In this document: positions 52,576 through 63,130 of the stretch, one piece after another
Numbering within the stretch: position 1 is the first letter of the stretch
Layout of the letters: each line of letters opens with the position of its first letter
From: Actinomycetota bacterium
GTDB lineage: Bacteria; Actinomycetota; UBA4738; CALAEC01
DNA length: 64,000 bases
Direction: 5' to 3'
Assembly: GCA_050692985.1 (NCBI GenBank)
Contig: JBOGVZ010000049.1
Coordinates: forward strand, 80,410-144,409
Translations under genes and position numbers: made by a program
The notes under the pieces: model-generated
What the model was told of the DNA's origin: nothing
The model's database searches: none
The model's input: the letters and a program-made list of their open reading frames with translations, nothing else

Positions 52576-53241
52576 TTACGCTCCTTCCTTACCGAGCTTC
52601 TTCTTCAGCTCACCCCAGTCCGCCAGGAACCTCTCGAGGCCCGCGTCGGTCAAGGGGTGCTTCACCAGCTTCGAGAACACGTCGTACGGCATGGTGGCAA
52701 TGTCAGCGCCGGTCAGGGCCGCCTCGACCACGTGCATCGGATGGCGGAGCGATGCGGCCAAGACCTGGGTCTCGTAGCCCTGGACCCGGTAGATGTCGCA
52801 GATCTGCCGGAGGGCGTGCATCCCGTCCGCGGCCGCATCGTCGATGCGACCCAGGAACGGAGACACGATGTACGCGCCGATCTCCGCAGCAAGGATAGCC
52901 TGTGCCGGCGAGAACGTCAGCGTCACGTTGATCTTGATCCCGTCGCCGACCAGCCGCTTGCCGCACTGGAGACCGTCGGGGGTCATGGGAACCTTGACCA
53001 CGGCGTTCGGTCCCAGCGAGGCCAGGTACTTCCCTTCCTCGTACATCGCCTCGGCCTGTGGCTCGGTGGTCTCCAGGGACACGTCGCCCTCGACCTCGTC
53101 CAGGACCTCCTTCCACACCCGCTCCGGCTCGAGCGCTTCCTTGAAGATGAGGGAGGGGTTCGTGGTCACGCCCGACAGGACGCCCCACCGGTTGATCTCC
53201 CGGATCTCCTCGATGTTCGCCGTGTCCAGGAACAACCTCAC
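52576..53241 (-). CDS. Fructose-6-phosphate aldolase/transaldolase (TalC/Fsa subfamily)
   Basis: GTG start. [13 protein letters not shown]...GVTTNPSLI...VKVPMT (Schiff-base Lys region). ~221 aa, which is the short Fsa-type length. Confidence 0.8.
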   Translation of the reverse strand: MRLFLDTANIEEIREINRWGVLSGVTTNPSLIFKEALEPERVWKEVLDEVEGDVSLETTEPQAEAMYEEGKYLASLGPNAVVKVPMTPDGLQCGKRLVGDGIKINVTLTFSPAQAILAAEIGAYIVSPFLGRIDDAAADGMHALRQICDIYRVQGYETQVLAASLRHPMHVVEAALTGADIATMPYDVFSKLVKHPLTDAGLERFLADWGELKKKLGKEGA

Positions 53242-54212
53242 CGCTTCCTCCCCCCTTCGAGCTCCAGCACCTGTTCGCGGTCGGCGCCTCCCCGGGCACG
53301 GACGCGAGCGGTGGCCCGCTCCACCACGAGGTCGATGATGGCCGTGATCGCCTGGTCCAGGTTGTACGAGGCCACCACGGGCCAGTCGTGGGACAGGGCC
53401 TGGCTCTTGATGTACTTCTGCACCTTCCGGATGTTGTCGAAGTTGTCCAGGTAGCGGTCGAAGGGACGGGCCGCCGAGTCCGCTGACCGGGCCTGGAAGT
53501 GGCTGCGGTGCAGCTCCTCGTCCTCCACGGTCACCACCACCGGCACGGCCACGACCCGCTCGGTGAACGCCAGCACGTCGAGGAACCCCGGGACGATGTG
53601 TGCGCCCTCGATGATCACGCTGATCCCCTCGACGGCCGAGCGCTCGATCAGGGCCCGGACGCCCACGGCCACCGCGTGGGTCTGCTCGCGGAATCCCACG
53701 ATCACCTGGTCCGCCGCCCGGGCCGGCGGCTCCCGCAGCGCCGTGTCCGCATCGAACGACGACGTGTACAGGGTGGGCATCAGCTCCCGGGAGAACAGCG
53801 CCCGCATGACTTCCCGGACCGCATCGGTGGGGATCACCCGGACCACGCCCAGGCGGGCGGCGATCTGCGTGGCCATCGTGGACTTCCCCACGCCGGTAGA
53901 CCCGCCGATGAGGATCACCAGGGGCACGTCGAGCGCGGCCACCTCCTGCCACCGCATGAAGTTCTTGGCGTAGCGCTCGCCGGCGATGTCGTCGAGGACC
54001 CGCACCGTCAGCGCCCTCAGCTCCTCGGTGGTCACCGAGCTGAGCCCCCGGTCCACGAGCACGTCCTCGATGCGCTCGGCCACCTGGTAGGCGCGGTACG
54101 GGTTCAGGCCGGTCACCGAGACCTGCGAGGCCATCAGCCCCTTCGAGTACGGAAGGCCGGGTTCTCCGTCCGACACGATGATGTGGGTGTTGCGCTTCGT
54201 CTTCTTCTTCAT
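53238..54212 (-). CDS. 2-phosphoglycerate kinase (archaeal-type, P-loop)
   Basis: 324 aa. P-loop LILIGGSTGVGKSTMATQIA, with the N-terminal region preceding it as in methanogen 2PGK. Its ATG overlaps the stop of the cyclic-2,3-diphosphoglycerate synthetase gene. Confidence 0.6.
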   Translation of the reverse strand: MKKKTKRNTHIIVSDGEPGLPYSKGLMASQVSVTGLNPYRAYQVAERIEDVLVDRGLSSVTTEELRALTVRVLDDIAGERYAKNFMRWQEVAALDVPLVILIGGSTGVGKSTMATQIAARLGVVRVIPTDAVREVMRALFSRELMPTLYTSSFDADTALREPPARAADQVIVGFREQTHAVAVGVRALIERSAVEGISVIIEGAHIVPGFLDVLAFTERVVAVPVVVTVEDEELHRSHFQARSADSAARPFDRYLDNFDNIRKVQKYIKSQALSHDWPVVASYNLDQAITAIIDLVVERATARVRARGGADREQVLELEGGRKR

Positions 54213-55546
54213 CTCGCTCCCGCGCGCTCGACCGCCAGCCGAGCCGTGTCCAGCAGCACCTCCGACAGCTCGCCGTCACCGTCCAGCGTCTCGGCCCGGT
54301 TGTCGGCGAACACCACCTCGGCGCCCCGCGCGACGGCCCGGTCGGCGGCCACGTCCACCGCGGCCGCCTTGAGCTCGGTCACCAGCACGTCGAAGTCGGG
54401 GGCCGCCTCGAGGTCCTCGGCCAGCCCCGCCCGGTCGGCCAGGCGGTGGCTCGCCCCGACCACCGTGCATCCGAACCCTCGTTCCAGGGAAGCCACGAGG
54501 TCTGGGAGGCCGGCCTGGGGCGCCGTGGTCGTGAAGAACACCTTCTTCCCCCCGACTTCGCCCAGTGGCACGGGACGGAAATCCGTGATGACGATCCGCG
54601 CGTCTGGACGTAGCCTTCGGACGTGGGATACCAGATCGGAAAGATCCTGCGGCCCGCGTTGAGGGCCACCTCCCATTGTAAAGATGACGGCGTCGGATAG
54701 CAATACCCTGAACGGTCCCAGGTACCCCGCCAGGTGCTCCTGCGGCGCCGAGGCCGGGCACACCAGCACACCCGCATCCCAGGGGATGGGGGGCACCGCC
54801 GCGCCGCTCCCCTCCAGCAGGACCAGCCCGGCACCCCGTTCCTCGGCCACCGCGGCGGCCTCGCGGACGTTCGACACGAACGGCCGCCCCGCCAGGCCCC
54901 CCCCGCACCGACGGGCCCCCACGGTCGTGACCCCGGTGGTCAGCGCGTCCTCCAAGTAGTCGCTGGCCGCGTGCTCGCCGGCCCGGACCAGGTCCACCAG
55001 GCGCTCGAGGTCCACCGAGCCCGGGTCGGCCACCTGCGGGGCGGGCGGACCGCCCCGGCCCATGGCCACGACCACCGGGCGCATCCCCGCCCGGTCGGCC
55101 ACCCGGGCGGCCTCCCCGGCGATGGCGGTCTTCCCCGTTCGCTTGCCGGTCCCGATCACCGCCAGCGTGGGCGTGGACAGCGGGGGCCCGGTCACCGGCG
55201 GCTCCAAGGAGAAGTCCGGCCCCACGTAGCGGAGGCCGGCCGACAGGGCCACCGCGGCGACCAGCATCCGCTCCCGGTAGCCGAGCACCGGCTCGTCCGA
55301 GAGGTCCAGGACCACCTCCGGCCGGTGGGCCACGATGGCCTTCACCAGCCCCGCCGCCAGATCGTCGCCCGCGACCTCCACGGGGACCGGACCGAAGTCC
55401 AGGTTGCCGCCGGCGTCGATCTTCTCCACCCCGCCCACGAACAGGCACGCCGCCGGCTCGTACCCGAGGGTGCGGGCGGCCGCCAGCCCCCACCTGGTGG
55501 TGGGTGGGTAGTGCTCGCCGTCCACGAGGACCAGGGCTCGGATCAT
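54209..55546 (-). CDS. Cyclic 2,3-diphosphoglycerate synthetase
   Basis: 445 aa. N-terminus MIRALVLVDGEHYPPTTRWGL and P-loop-like LAVIGTGKRTGKTAIAGE. Its length and pairing with 2PGK resemble the archaeal cyclic-2,3-diphosphoglycerate synthetase. Confidence 0.6.
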   Translation of the reverse strand: MIRALVLVDGEHYPPTTRWGLAAARTLGYEPAACLFVGGVEKIDAGGNLDFGPVPVEVAGDDLAAGLVKAIVAHRPEVVLDLSDEPVLGYRERMLVAAVALSAGLRYVGPDFSLEPPVTGPPLSTPTLAVIGTGKRTGKTAIAGEAARVADRAGMRPVVVAMGRGGPPAPQVADPGSVDLERLVDLVRAGEHAASDYLEDALTTGVTTVGARRCGGGLAGRPFVSNVREAAAVAEERGAGLVLLEGSGAAVPPIPWDAGVLVCPASAPQEHLAGYLGPFRVLLSDAVIFTMGGGPQRGPQDLSDLVSHVRRLRPDARIVITDFRPVPLGEVGGKKVFFTTTAPQAGLPDLVASLERGFGCTVVGASHRLADRAGLAEDLEAAPDFDVLVTELKAAAVDVAADRAVARGAEVVFADNRAETLDGDGELSEVLLDTARLAVERAGAR

Positions 55547-55573
55547 CGTCGCGCGTCCCGGCTGGCGCCCGGC

Positions 55574-56374
55574 CTACTCGGCCGGAAGCGGCGCTTCCTG
55601 CCGCGGCTCCAGCGTCAGGGTCTCCAGCTCTCGGTGGTACTGGGTGCCGCTGGCGACCGAGAAGTGGGCGTTGAGGGTGGACCCTCCGAAGGGGAACTTG
55701 CGGAAGATCTTCACCTCGTCCCCCTCGATCTCCAGGACGTTGTAGCAGGGTTTGGTGTGGCCGCGCAGCCGCAACGACGCGCAGGTCCCGGCGTTGGCCA
55801 CGTAGAGGTCCTCCAGCCGCCACACGTAGGGCACGTGCTTGTGCCCCGTCAGGACCACGGTGACCCCGGTGCCGATGAGGACCTCCAGGAGGTCGCCGGC
55901 ATCGTAGACGATGTTGCGCTCCCGGCCGGTTCCCGGCACGGGGAGCAGGTGGTGGTGCAGGACGAAGATCTTGAGCTCGGCCGGAACCGAGAACTGCTCC
56001 TTGATCCAGCCGTACCGCTCCCGCCCGATCTGGCCGTGGTCGAGGTCTGGCTCGCTGGAGTCCGCTCCCACGATCCGAACCCCCCGGACGTCGACCGACC
56101 AGTGCCTGGGGCCGATCAGCTCCTCGAAGTGCACGTAGCCCACGTTTCGGGCGTCGTGGTTGCCCGGCACCGAGTACACCGGGGCCTTGATCCGCTCCAG
56201 GTACGCCACCGCGGTCTTGAACTCCTGCCGGTAGCCGAAGTTCGTGAAGTCCCCGGTGCACAGGACGGCGTCGGGCTGGAGCTCGTTCAGCTCCACGATC
56301 ACCCGGTTCATCAGGTTCGGCACGAAGTACGGGGAGCCGATGTGCGGGTCCGAGATGTGAGCGATGGTGGCCAT
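55574..56374 (-). CDS. Metallophosphoesterase
   Basis: MATIAHISDPHIG, CTGDFT, VPGNHD and GHKHV calcineurin-like motifs. The upstream part of the ORF is frame overlap. Confidence 0.7.
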   Translation of the reverse strand: MATIAHISDPHIGSPYFVPNLMNRVIVELNELQPDAVLCTGDFTNFGYRQEFKTAVAYLERIKAPVYSVPGNHDARNVGYVHFEELIGPRHWSVDVRGVRIVGADSSEPDLDHGQIGRERYGWIKEQFSVPAELKIFVLHHHLLPVPGTGRERNIVYDAGDLLEVLIGTGVTVVLTGHKHVPYVWRLEDLYVANAGTCASLRLRGHTKPCYNVLEIEGDEVKIFRKFPFGGSTLNAHFSVASGTQYHRELETLTLEPRQEAPLPAE

Positions 56375-56441
56375 CGTCGGGCCCAGTCTACCCAGCCGCG
56401 CACTTCGGGGACCGAGCGGGGGCCGTGAGAGGATTGGCGGC

Positions 56442-57614
56442 GTGAACCTCCTGGACCTCCTGATCGTCCTCCTGGTGGCGATCTCCATCTATACGGGGTT
56501 CCGCCGGGGAGCGGCCCTCCAGCTGGTGACGTACACGGGGCTGATCCTGGGGCTGGCGGCCGGAGCGCTGCTGGCCCCGGTGCTGGCCCGGACGGCCACC
56601 GAGCCGTTCGCCCAGGCCACCATCGCCCTGGTGACGCTGCTGGTGCTGGCGGCCCTGGGGGACGCCATCGGCTGGGCCCTGGGGACCCGGGCGTGGCTGG
56701 CGGCCCGCCGAAGCGCGATCAGCCCGGTCGACCAGGGCGCCGGATCCCTGGTGGCCGGCCTGGCCGCGTTGCTGGCGGTGTGGTTCCTGGCGTTCAACCT
56801 GGTCCAGGGCCCGTTCCCGGTGGTCTCCAAGCAGATCCGGGGCTCGGCCATCGTGCGGGGGATCGACAACGTCCTCCCCCGGCCGCCCTCTGTGTTCTCC
56901 CAGGTGCGCCAGTTCCTCAACCGGTTCGGGTTCCCCGAGGTGTTCGCCAACCTCCCCCCGGCCCCGGCCGGTCCCGTGCAGGGCCCGTCGGAGGCCGAGG
57001 CGAACGCGGCCTTCCAGGCCGCGGCCGCCAGCACGTTCAAGGTGGTGGGCCAGGCCTGCGACCGTATCCAGGAGGGCAGCGGATTCCTGATCGAGCCGAA
57101 CTACGTGGTGACGAACGCCCACGTGGTGGCGGGCGTGGGCTCGCCCCAGGTCCAGCCCCAGGGCGGAGCGACGCTACCCGCCACCACCGTGCTGTTCGAT
57201 GACGACCTCGACCTGGCGGTGCTCCGCATCGAGACCAGCCCATCCGACGACCTGGACTTCATCGAGGGCACCGCCGGCCGGGGGGCCACCGGTGCCGTGG
57301 TCGGCTACCCGGGCGGAGGCGGCCTCACCGGGGTGGATGCCGCGGTCCGCCAGCGACTGGTGGCCCGGGGCTACGACATCTACAACGACGACCAGGTCCG
57401 GCGGCGGGTCTACGAGCTCCAGGCCGTGGTCCGGCCGGGGAACTCGGGCGGCCCGTTCGTGACCACCGACGGCCTGGTGGCCGGCGTTGTCTTCGCGGCG
57501 TCGACCACCGACGGGAACATCGGCTACGCGCTCACCTCCGACGAGGTGCTGCCGATGGTCCAGCAGGCCCTGGGGCGAACCGAGACAGTGGGCACCGGCC
57601 CCTGCATCCGGTGA
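56442..57614 (+). CDS. Membrane-anchored CvpA-domain/trypsin-like serine protease (MarP-like)
   Basis: GTG start after RBS gagagga. An N-terminal 4-TM CvpA-like domain is followed by a chymotrypsin-fold domain (TNAHVV His, DLAVLRI Asp, GNSGGP Ser). Confidence 0.7.
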   Translation: MNLLDLLIVLLVAISIYTGFRRGAALQLVTYTGLILGLAAGALLAPVLARTATEPFAQATIALVTLLVLAALGDAIGWALGTRAWLAARRSAISPVDQGAGSLVAGLAALLAVWFLAFNLVQGPFPVVSKQIRGSAIVRGIDNVLPRPPSVFSQVRQFLNRFGFPEVFANLPPAPAGPVQGPSEAEANAAFQAAAASTFKVVGQACDRIQEGSGFLIEPNYVVTNAHVVAGVGSPQVQPQGGATLPATTVLFDDDLDLAVLRIETSPSDDLDFIEGTAGRGATGAVVGYPGGGGLTGVDAAVRQRLVARGYDIYNDDQVRRRVYELQAVVRPGNSGGPFVTTDGLVAGVVFAASTTDGNIGYALTSDEVLPMVQQALGRTETVGTGPCIR

Positions 57615-57644
57615 GGATCGGCACCCGGCAGCATCGCGCCGGAG

Positions 57645-59834
57645 CTACTCCTCCATCACGACGCGGACGTCGCCCTCCTTCTCCTCCAGGGAGAACGAGG
57701 TGATACCCGCCTCCCGCCGGAACTGGAGCGTGAGGACGCTGTCCCCCACCCGGAGGTTCCGCAGCTCCGCCCGGTTCAGCCACACGGGCAGGTGCGGCTG
57801 GTTCACCCGCAGGAGGTTCTCGTGGGCCACCGCGGAGATGCCCAGCATGGCCTGGAGCAGCAGCACCGGCACACCGGCGGCCCACGCCTGCGGCGAGCAG
57901 GCCACCGGGTACTCGACAGGTGGGCTGGGGGTCCGCCGGACGAACCCGCAGAAGAGCTCGGGGAGCCGCATGTAGTCGCTGAAGGTGGCCGCGTCGAACA
58001 GGGCGGTACCGATGCGGTTGATGGTCTCCACGAACTTGAACCGCTTCATCCCCGACGCGATCAGGGCGTTGTCGTGCGGCCATACCGTGCCGTTGTGGTA
58101 GCTCATGGGGTTGTAGGCTGCGGCGGCCTTGCTCATCGTCCGGACCCCCCACCCGGAGAACATCTCGGGCGAGAGCAGCCGGCGGGTCACCAGCTCGGCG
58201 TGGTCCGGGTCCACCACGTCGCAGTACAGCAGGTGCCCGGGGTTCGACACGATCGTGCGGACCTGGCGCTTGTCCCCGTCCAGGGCCATGGCGAAGTACT
58301 GCTCGTCCTCCATCCAGAACGCCTCGTTGACCGCCCTGCGCAGGGCCGCCGCCTCCTCGCGCAGGCGGACGGCGCGCTCCCGGTCACCGAGCGCCTCGAA
58401 CACGAAGGCCATCCGGGACTTGGCCATGTACACGTACCCCTGCACCTCGACGAGCGCGATGGGCGGCTCGGCCAGGGTGCCGTCGGCGTGGACCACGGAG
58501 TCCTCGGAATCCTTCCACCCCTGGTTCACCAGCCCCCGCGGGGAGCGAGATCGGTACTCGACGAACCCGTCGCCGTCGAGGTCCCCGTACTCGTCGATCC
58601 ACCGCAGCGCCGCGTTGGCCGCCGGGAGCAGCTCCTTGACGAATCCCAGGTCGTTCGTCCACCGGAAGTACTGGGCCAGCACGATGAGGAACCAGGGCGT
58701 GGCGTCCACCGACCCGTAGTACGGCGTGTGGGGCAGGTACCCGGAGGCCGCCAGCTCCCCGCGGCGGATCTCGTGCAGGATCTTCCCGGGCTCCTCGTCG
58801 CGCCAGTCGTCCACCACGGTTCCCTGGCGGGCCGCCAGCACCCGCAGGCTGTCCCGGGCCGTCTTCGGTGACAGGAGCAGCGTCTGGTGCGAAGAGATCA
58901 GGGCGTCCCGGCCGAACACCGCCACGTACCACGGGATCCCCGCCGCGGGAAGCGATCCTCCCTCCACCGGCGTGTACAGGGCCCGGAGGTCGCGGAGCCC
59001 CCTGGCCACCCACTTGTTGAACAGCGCGTTGTCGGTGCGGATCTGGGTGCACTCGCTCTCCCAGTCCTCGTACGAGTGCCGCAGGGTGCTGACGGTGGCG
59101 TCGAACTCTCCCGGTGGGAGCTCCTCGTCTCCCACCCGCGGCTCCACGACGATCGGCAGGACCCTCGTCCGCCCCCCGCCCAGCCGCACGTCGAAGGCCA
59201 CGGACACCACGTCCCCTCGCACGGAGGTGGCCACGGGGTCGGCCCCCATCACGATCCTCGTGGTCCGCCGGGCCCCGTCGTGGCCGACGTAGGCGAACTC
59301 CACCTCCCGGCCCTCGGCCCGGGGTGGCTCGAAGGTGCCCCGGACCTCCCGCACCAGGCCCCGGACCTCGAAGATGTCGGCGAAATCGGCCCCGAACGTC
59401 AGCTCCAGGCGGAACCGCACGGGGGACGCGTTGTAGTTCTTGATCCGGATCCGGTCGTACAGGCGGTGCCGGATCGTGCGGATCCGCCGGATGCTCAGGG
59501 AGTGCTGGGGAATGGCCCCGTTCCCGGCGTCGGCCAGCGGGGGGTTCGTCAGGTCCACGTGGGAGATGTAGGCGCGCTCCGCCGAGGACGACAGCAGGAT
59601 CGGCTCCACCCCGGAGACCCGCATGCGGTAGTGCGACAGGAACCGGGTGTCGCGATGGTAGAACCCCAGCCCGAGCTCGTGGCGATCGCTGATGTTGCCC
59701 TCGACATCGGAGTAGAGGAAGGATTCGCCTTCCTTGATCGTGAGGACCTTGCTGGGGAGATCGCTGGTCACCACGGGGACTCGAGGGATCCTCACGGCGT
59801 CCCCGGAGCCGGGGGCGTCGGGCTCGGTCACCAC
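57645..59834 (-). CDS. Amylo-alpha-1,6-glucosidase / glycogen debranching enzyme-like protein (GDE_N + GDE_C)
   Basis: 729 aa. The C-terminal (alpha/alpha)6 barrel motifs (GWGVRTMS...YHNGTVWPHDN) are typical of the bacterial/archaeal GDE family. Confidence 0.7.
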   Translation of the reverse strand: MVTEPDAPGSGDAVRIPRVPVVTSDLPSKVLTIKEGESFLYSDVEGNISDRHELGLGFYHRDTRFLSHYRMRVSGVEPILLSSSAERAYISHVDLTNPPLADAGNGAIPQHSLSIRRIRTIRHRLYDRIRIKNYNASPVRFRLELTFGADFADIFEVRGLVREVRGTFEPPRAEGREVEFAYVGHDGARRTTRIVMGADPVATSVRGDVVSVAFDVRLGGGRTRVLPIVVEPRVGDEELPPGEFDATVSTLRHSYEDWESECTQIRTDNALFNKWVARGLRDLRALYTPVEGGSLPAAGIPWYVAVFGRDALISSHQTLLLSPKTARDSLRVLAARQGTVVDDWRDEEPGKILHEIRRGELAASGYLPHTPYYGSVDATPWFLIVLAQYFRWTNDLGFVKELLPAANAALRWIDEYGDLDGDGFVEYRSRSPRGLVNQGWKDSEDSVVHADGTLAEPPIALVEVQGYVYMAKSRMAFVFEALGDRERAVRLREEAAALRRAVNEAFWMEDEQYFAMALDGDKRQVRTIVSNPGHLLYCDVVDPDHAELVTRRLLSPEMFSGWGVRTMSKAAAAYNPMSYHNGTVWPHDNALIASGMKRFKFVETINRIGTALFDAATFSDYMRLPELFCGFVRRTPSPPVEYPVACSPQAWAAGVPVLLLQAMLGISAVAHENLLRVNQPHLPVWLNRAELRNLRVGDSVLTLQFRREAGITSFSLEEKEGDVRVVMEE

Positions 59835-59922
59835 GCCGGAAGCCGCGACGGGTCCATGGTGACGAGTCTATGGGACCCCCGGGGCGTGGGGGCGGCTTCC
59901 ACGACCCGAACGTGTCCCACGT

Positions 59923-60786
59923 TCAGGCCACGTGGGCCCCGGTGGCGGAGACGCCCGGCCGGAGCACCCGCCACCCCGGCCCCAACGCCGGCAGCGGCGA
60001 GGCGTCCACCTCGAAGGCCAGCAGCGACGGCCCCGAGCCGGCCACGCACACGGGGATGTCCGCCTGGCGGAGGTCCTCGAACAGGGCCCGGCTGGACGGG
60101 GCCAGCGGCAGCCGCCGGGACTGGTGGAGCCGGTCCTCGAGGGCCTCGGCCAGCAGGTCGGGGCGAGCCGTCAGGGCCAGCACCGCCAGCGCCGCCCGGC
60201 CGGCGTTGAAGGCCGCGTCGCTCAGCGGCACCTGCCGGGGCAGCACCCGGCGGGCGTCCTCGGTGGCCACCCGCTCCTCCTCGGGCACCAGCAGCACGGG
60301 CCGAAGCGCGGGGTGCGTCTCCAGGCGCTCCGCTCGCCACCCCTGTCGGGACAGGTACGCCAGCACCAGGCCGCCCCGGAGGCACGCCGACACGTTGTCG
60401 GGATGGCCCTCGATGTCGATGGCCACCTCGAGGAGGCGGTAGGGGTCGAGCTGCGTGCCCAGCAGCCGGTCCGCCAGCACCAGTCCCGACACCACCGCGG
60501 CCGCCGACGAGCCCAGGCCCCGCTGAAGCGGGATGCGGTTCACGCACCGCAGAGCCATCTGGGGCAGCGGCCGCCCGGTCTCCCGGGCCAGGTAGGCCAT
60601 GGCCCGGAAGACCACGTTCGAGCCGTCCTCCGGCAGCTCCCCCCGGCCCTGGCCCTCCACCACGACCGCGGCCTCCGCGCCGGTGTCGGCGGTGACCTCG
60701 TTGGTTAGGTCCATGGCCAGGCCCAGCGCGTCGAAGCCGGGGCCGAGGTTCGCCACCGTGGCCGGCGCGGTGACCGAGACCCGCAC
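59923..60786 (-). CDS. thrB: Homoserine kinase
   Basis: GTG start. ATVANLGPGFDALG and the GHMP motif PLQRGLGSSAAAVVSG. Confidence 0.85.
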   Translation of the reverse strand: MRVSVTAPATVANLGPGFDALGLAMDLTNEVTADTGAEAAVVVEGQGRGELPEDGSNVVFRAMAYLARETGRPLPQMALRCVNRIPLQRGLGSSAAAVVSGLVLADRLLGTQLDPYRLLEVAIDIEGHPDNVSACLRGGLVLAYLSRQGWRAERLETHPALRPVLLVPEEERVATEDARRVLPRQVPLSDAAFNAGRAALAVLALTARPDLLAEALEDRLHQSRRLPLAPSSRALFEDLRQADIPVCVAGSGPSLLAFEVDASPLPALGPGWRVLRPGVSATGAHVA

Positions 60787-60788
60787 CG

Positions 60789-61841
60789 CTACAGCCCCAG
60801 CGCCTCGGCCACCGCGGCGGGGTCCGCGGCCACGGCGGTGGGCGGCGCCGTGTGGGCCAGGGCGGTGTCCGGGTCCTTGAGGCCGTGCCCGGTGAGGACG
60901 CACACCACGGTGGCCCCCGGGGCAACACGGCCGGCCCGCGACAGCGCCCGCAGCCCGGCCACCGAGGCGGCAGAGGCGGGCTCCGCGAACAGCCCCTCCC
61001 CGGCCACGCTGGCATAGGCGTCCAGGATCTCCTCGTCGGTGACGGCGGCGATCTCCCCACCGGAGAGCTCCGCGGCGGCCAGTGCCCCCTTCCACGACGC
61101 GGGGTTGCCGATGCGGATCGCGCTGGCGACGGTTTGGGGGTCCTCCACCGGCTCACTCCGCACGATGGGGGCCGCCCCCGCCGCCTGGAAGCCGTGGAGG
61201 GCCGGGGGCCGGGCGATCACGCCGTCGTCGGCGTACTCCCGGTACCCCTTCCAGTGGCTGGTGATGTTCCCGGCGTTCCCCACGGGGACCAGGTGGAGGT
61301 CGGGGGCCCCGCCCAGGTCGTCGCAGACCTCGAACGCGCACGTCTTCTGGCCCTCGATCCGGTCGGGGTTCACCGAGTTCACCAGGGTGACGGGGTGGTC
61401 GTCCGCCAGGGTCCGGGTGAGCCGCAGCGCGGCGTCGAAGCCGCCGTCGACCTCGAGCACCGTGGCCCCGGCCACCAGGGTCTGGGCCATCTTGCCCAGG
61501 GCCACGCCTCCCTTGGGCACCAGGACCGCGCAGGTGAGGCCGGCCCGGGCCGCGTACGCGGCCGCCGAGGCACTGGTGTTCCCGGTCGAGGCGCACACCA
61601 CGGCCCGGGCCCCCACCTCCAGGGCCCGGGACACCGCCACGGTCATACCCCGGTCCTTGAACGACCCGGTGGGGTTGGCCCCCTCGACCTTGAGGTACAC
61701 CTGTGCTCCGGTCTCCGCCGACAGCGCCTCCGATCGCACCAGCGGCGTGCCGCCTTCCCGGAGGGTCACCACCGGGGTGGAGTCGGTGACCGGGAGCCGG
61801 TCCCGGTAGGCCTCGATGACTCCGGGCCAGGTCCCCCTCAA
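60789..61841 (-). CDS. thrC: Threonine synthase
   Basis: PLP-Lys motif [13 protein letters not shown] and the glycine-rich STGNTSAS loop. Confidence 0.9.
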   Translation of the reverse strand: MRGTWPGVIEAYRDRLPVTDSTPVVTLREGGTPLVRSEALSAETGAQVYLKVEGANPTGSFKDRGMTVAVSRALEVGARAVVCASTGNTSASAAAYAARAGLTCAVLVPKGGVALGKMAQTLVAGATVLEVDGGFDAALRLTRTLADDHPVTLVNSVNPDRIEGQKTCAFEVCDDLGGAPDLHLVPVGNAGNITSHWKGYREYADDGVIARPPALHGFQAAGAAPIVRSEPVEDPQTVASAIRIGNPASWKGALAAAELSGGEIAAVTDEEILDAYASVAGEGLFAEPASAASVAGLRALSRAGRVAPGATVVCVLTGHGLKDPDTALAHTAPPTAVAADPAAVAEALGL

Positions 61842-63130
61842 CCCTCACCGCCCTCGACCCGCATCACGCTGCGGACCTCGGCCACCACGTCCAGCGCTCG
61901 CAGGTCGGACGCGGTGGCCTGGACCGCGCCCTCGTTGGCCCGGTGGGTGATGAGCACGAGCAGGGCCTCCTCCCCGGTGCCCTCCTGCCACACCTCCTTG
62001 ATCGACACCAGGTTCCGGCCGAACGCGTCGGCCACCTGGGCCAGCACCCCGGGCCGGTCCACCACGTCGAGCAGGAGGTAGTACTGGCTCTCCATGTCCT
62101 GCATCGGCCGCAGCGGCCGGTCCCGGTAGCAGGTGCACCCCACCCCCCGGCCGCCGGAGGCGACGTTCCGGGCCACCTGGGCCAGGTCACCGACCACGGC
62201 CGTGGCGGTGGGGCCCCCTCCGGCCCCGCGCCCGTAGAACATGAGCTGGCCCACGGTGGGGCCCTCCACGAAGACGGCGTTGAACGTCTCCCGCACGGCG
62301 GCCAGGGGATGGTCGGCCGGGATCATCGCCGGGTGGACCCGGGCGGAGACGTCGCCGTCCTCCAGCTCGGCGATGGCCAGGAGCTTGACCACGTACCCCA
62401 GGCGGCGGGCGAACACGATGTCCTCCACGGTCACGCCGGAGATCCCCTCCCGGTACACCTCGCCCGCCACCACTCGGCTGTTGAAGGCGATCGAGGCCAG
62501 GATGGCGCACTTGGCCGCGGCGTCGAAGCCCTCGATGTCGTCCGTGGGATCGCGCTCCGCGTAGCCCAGCCTCTCCGCCTGGGCCAGGGCTTCCTCGAAG
62601 GCCATCCCATCCTCGGTCATCCTGGTGAGGACGTAGTTCGTGGTGCCGTTCACGATGCCCAGCACCCGGGCCAGCCGCTCCCCGGCCAGCGACTCCTTCA
62701 AGGGGCGGACCAACGGGATGCCCCCGCCGACCGCCCCCTCGAAGAACAGGTCCACCCCGGCCGCCTCCGACGCGTCGAACAGCTCCCGACCGAGGGAGGA
62801 CAACAGCTCCTTGTTGGCGGTGACCACGTGCTTCCCCGCGGACAGGGCCCGAAGGATCAGGGAGCGGGCCGGCTCGATCCCCCCGATCAGCTCCACGACG
62901 ACGTCCACGTCGGGATCCGAGGCCACGGCCCGGGCGTCACCGGTGATGCGCTCGATGGACACCGGGACGTCTCGCTCCAACGCCGGGTTCCGGACGGCCA
63001 CGGCCGTCACCTCGATCCGGCAGCCGGTCCGGCGCTCGAGGTCCTCGGCGCCCGCGTGGAGCATGCGGGCCACCGCCGAACCGACGTGGCCGCAGCCCAG
63101 CAACCCGACACGGATCGTCCTCACAGCCAC
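61838..63130 (-). CDS. hom: Homoserine dehydrogenase
   Basis: [15 protein letters not shown] Rossmann motif, a catalytic domain, and a C-terminal ACT domain. Confidence 0.9.
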   Translation of the reverse strand: MAVRTIRVGLLGCGHVGSAVARMLHAGAEDLERRTGCRIEVTAVAVRNPALERDVPVSIERITGDARAVASDPDVDVVVELIGGIEPARSLILRALSAGKHVVTANKELLSSLGRELFDASEAAGVDLFFEGAVGGGIPLVRPLKESLAGERLARVLGIVNGTTNYVLTRMTEDGMAFEEALAQAERLGYAERDPTDDIEGFDAAAKCAILASIAFNSRVVAGEVYREGISGVTVEDIVFARRLGYVVKLLAIAELEDGDVSARVHPAMIPADHPLAAVRETFNAVFVEGPTVGQLMFYGRGAGGGPTATAVVGDLAQVARNVASGGRGVGCTCYRDRPLRPMQDMESQYYLLLDVVDRPGVLAQVADAFGRNLVSIKEVWQEGTGEEALLVLITHRANEGAVQATASDLRALDVVAEVRSVMRVEGGEG

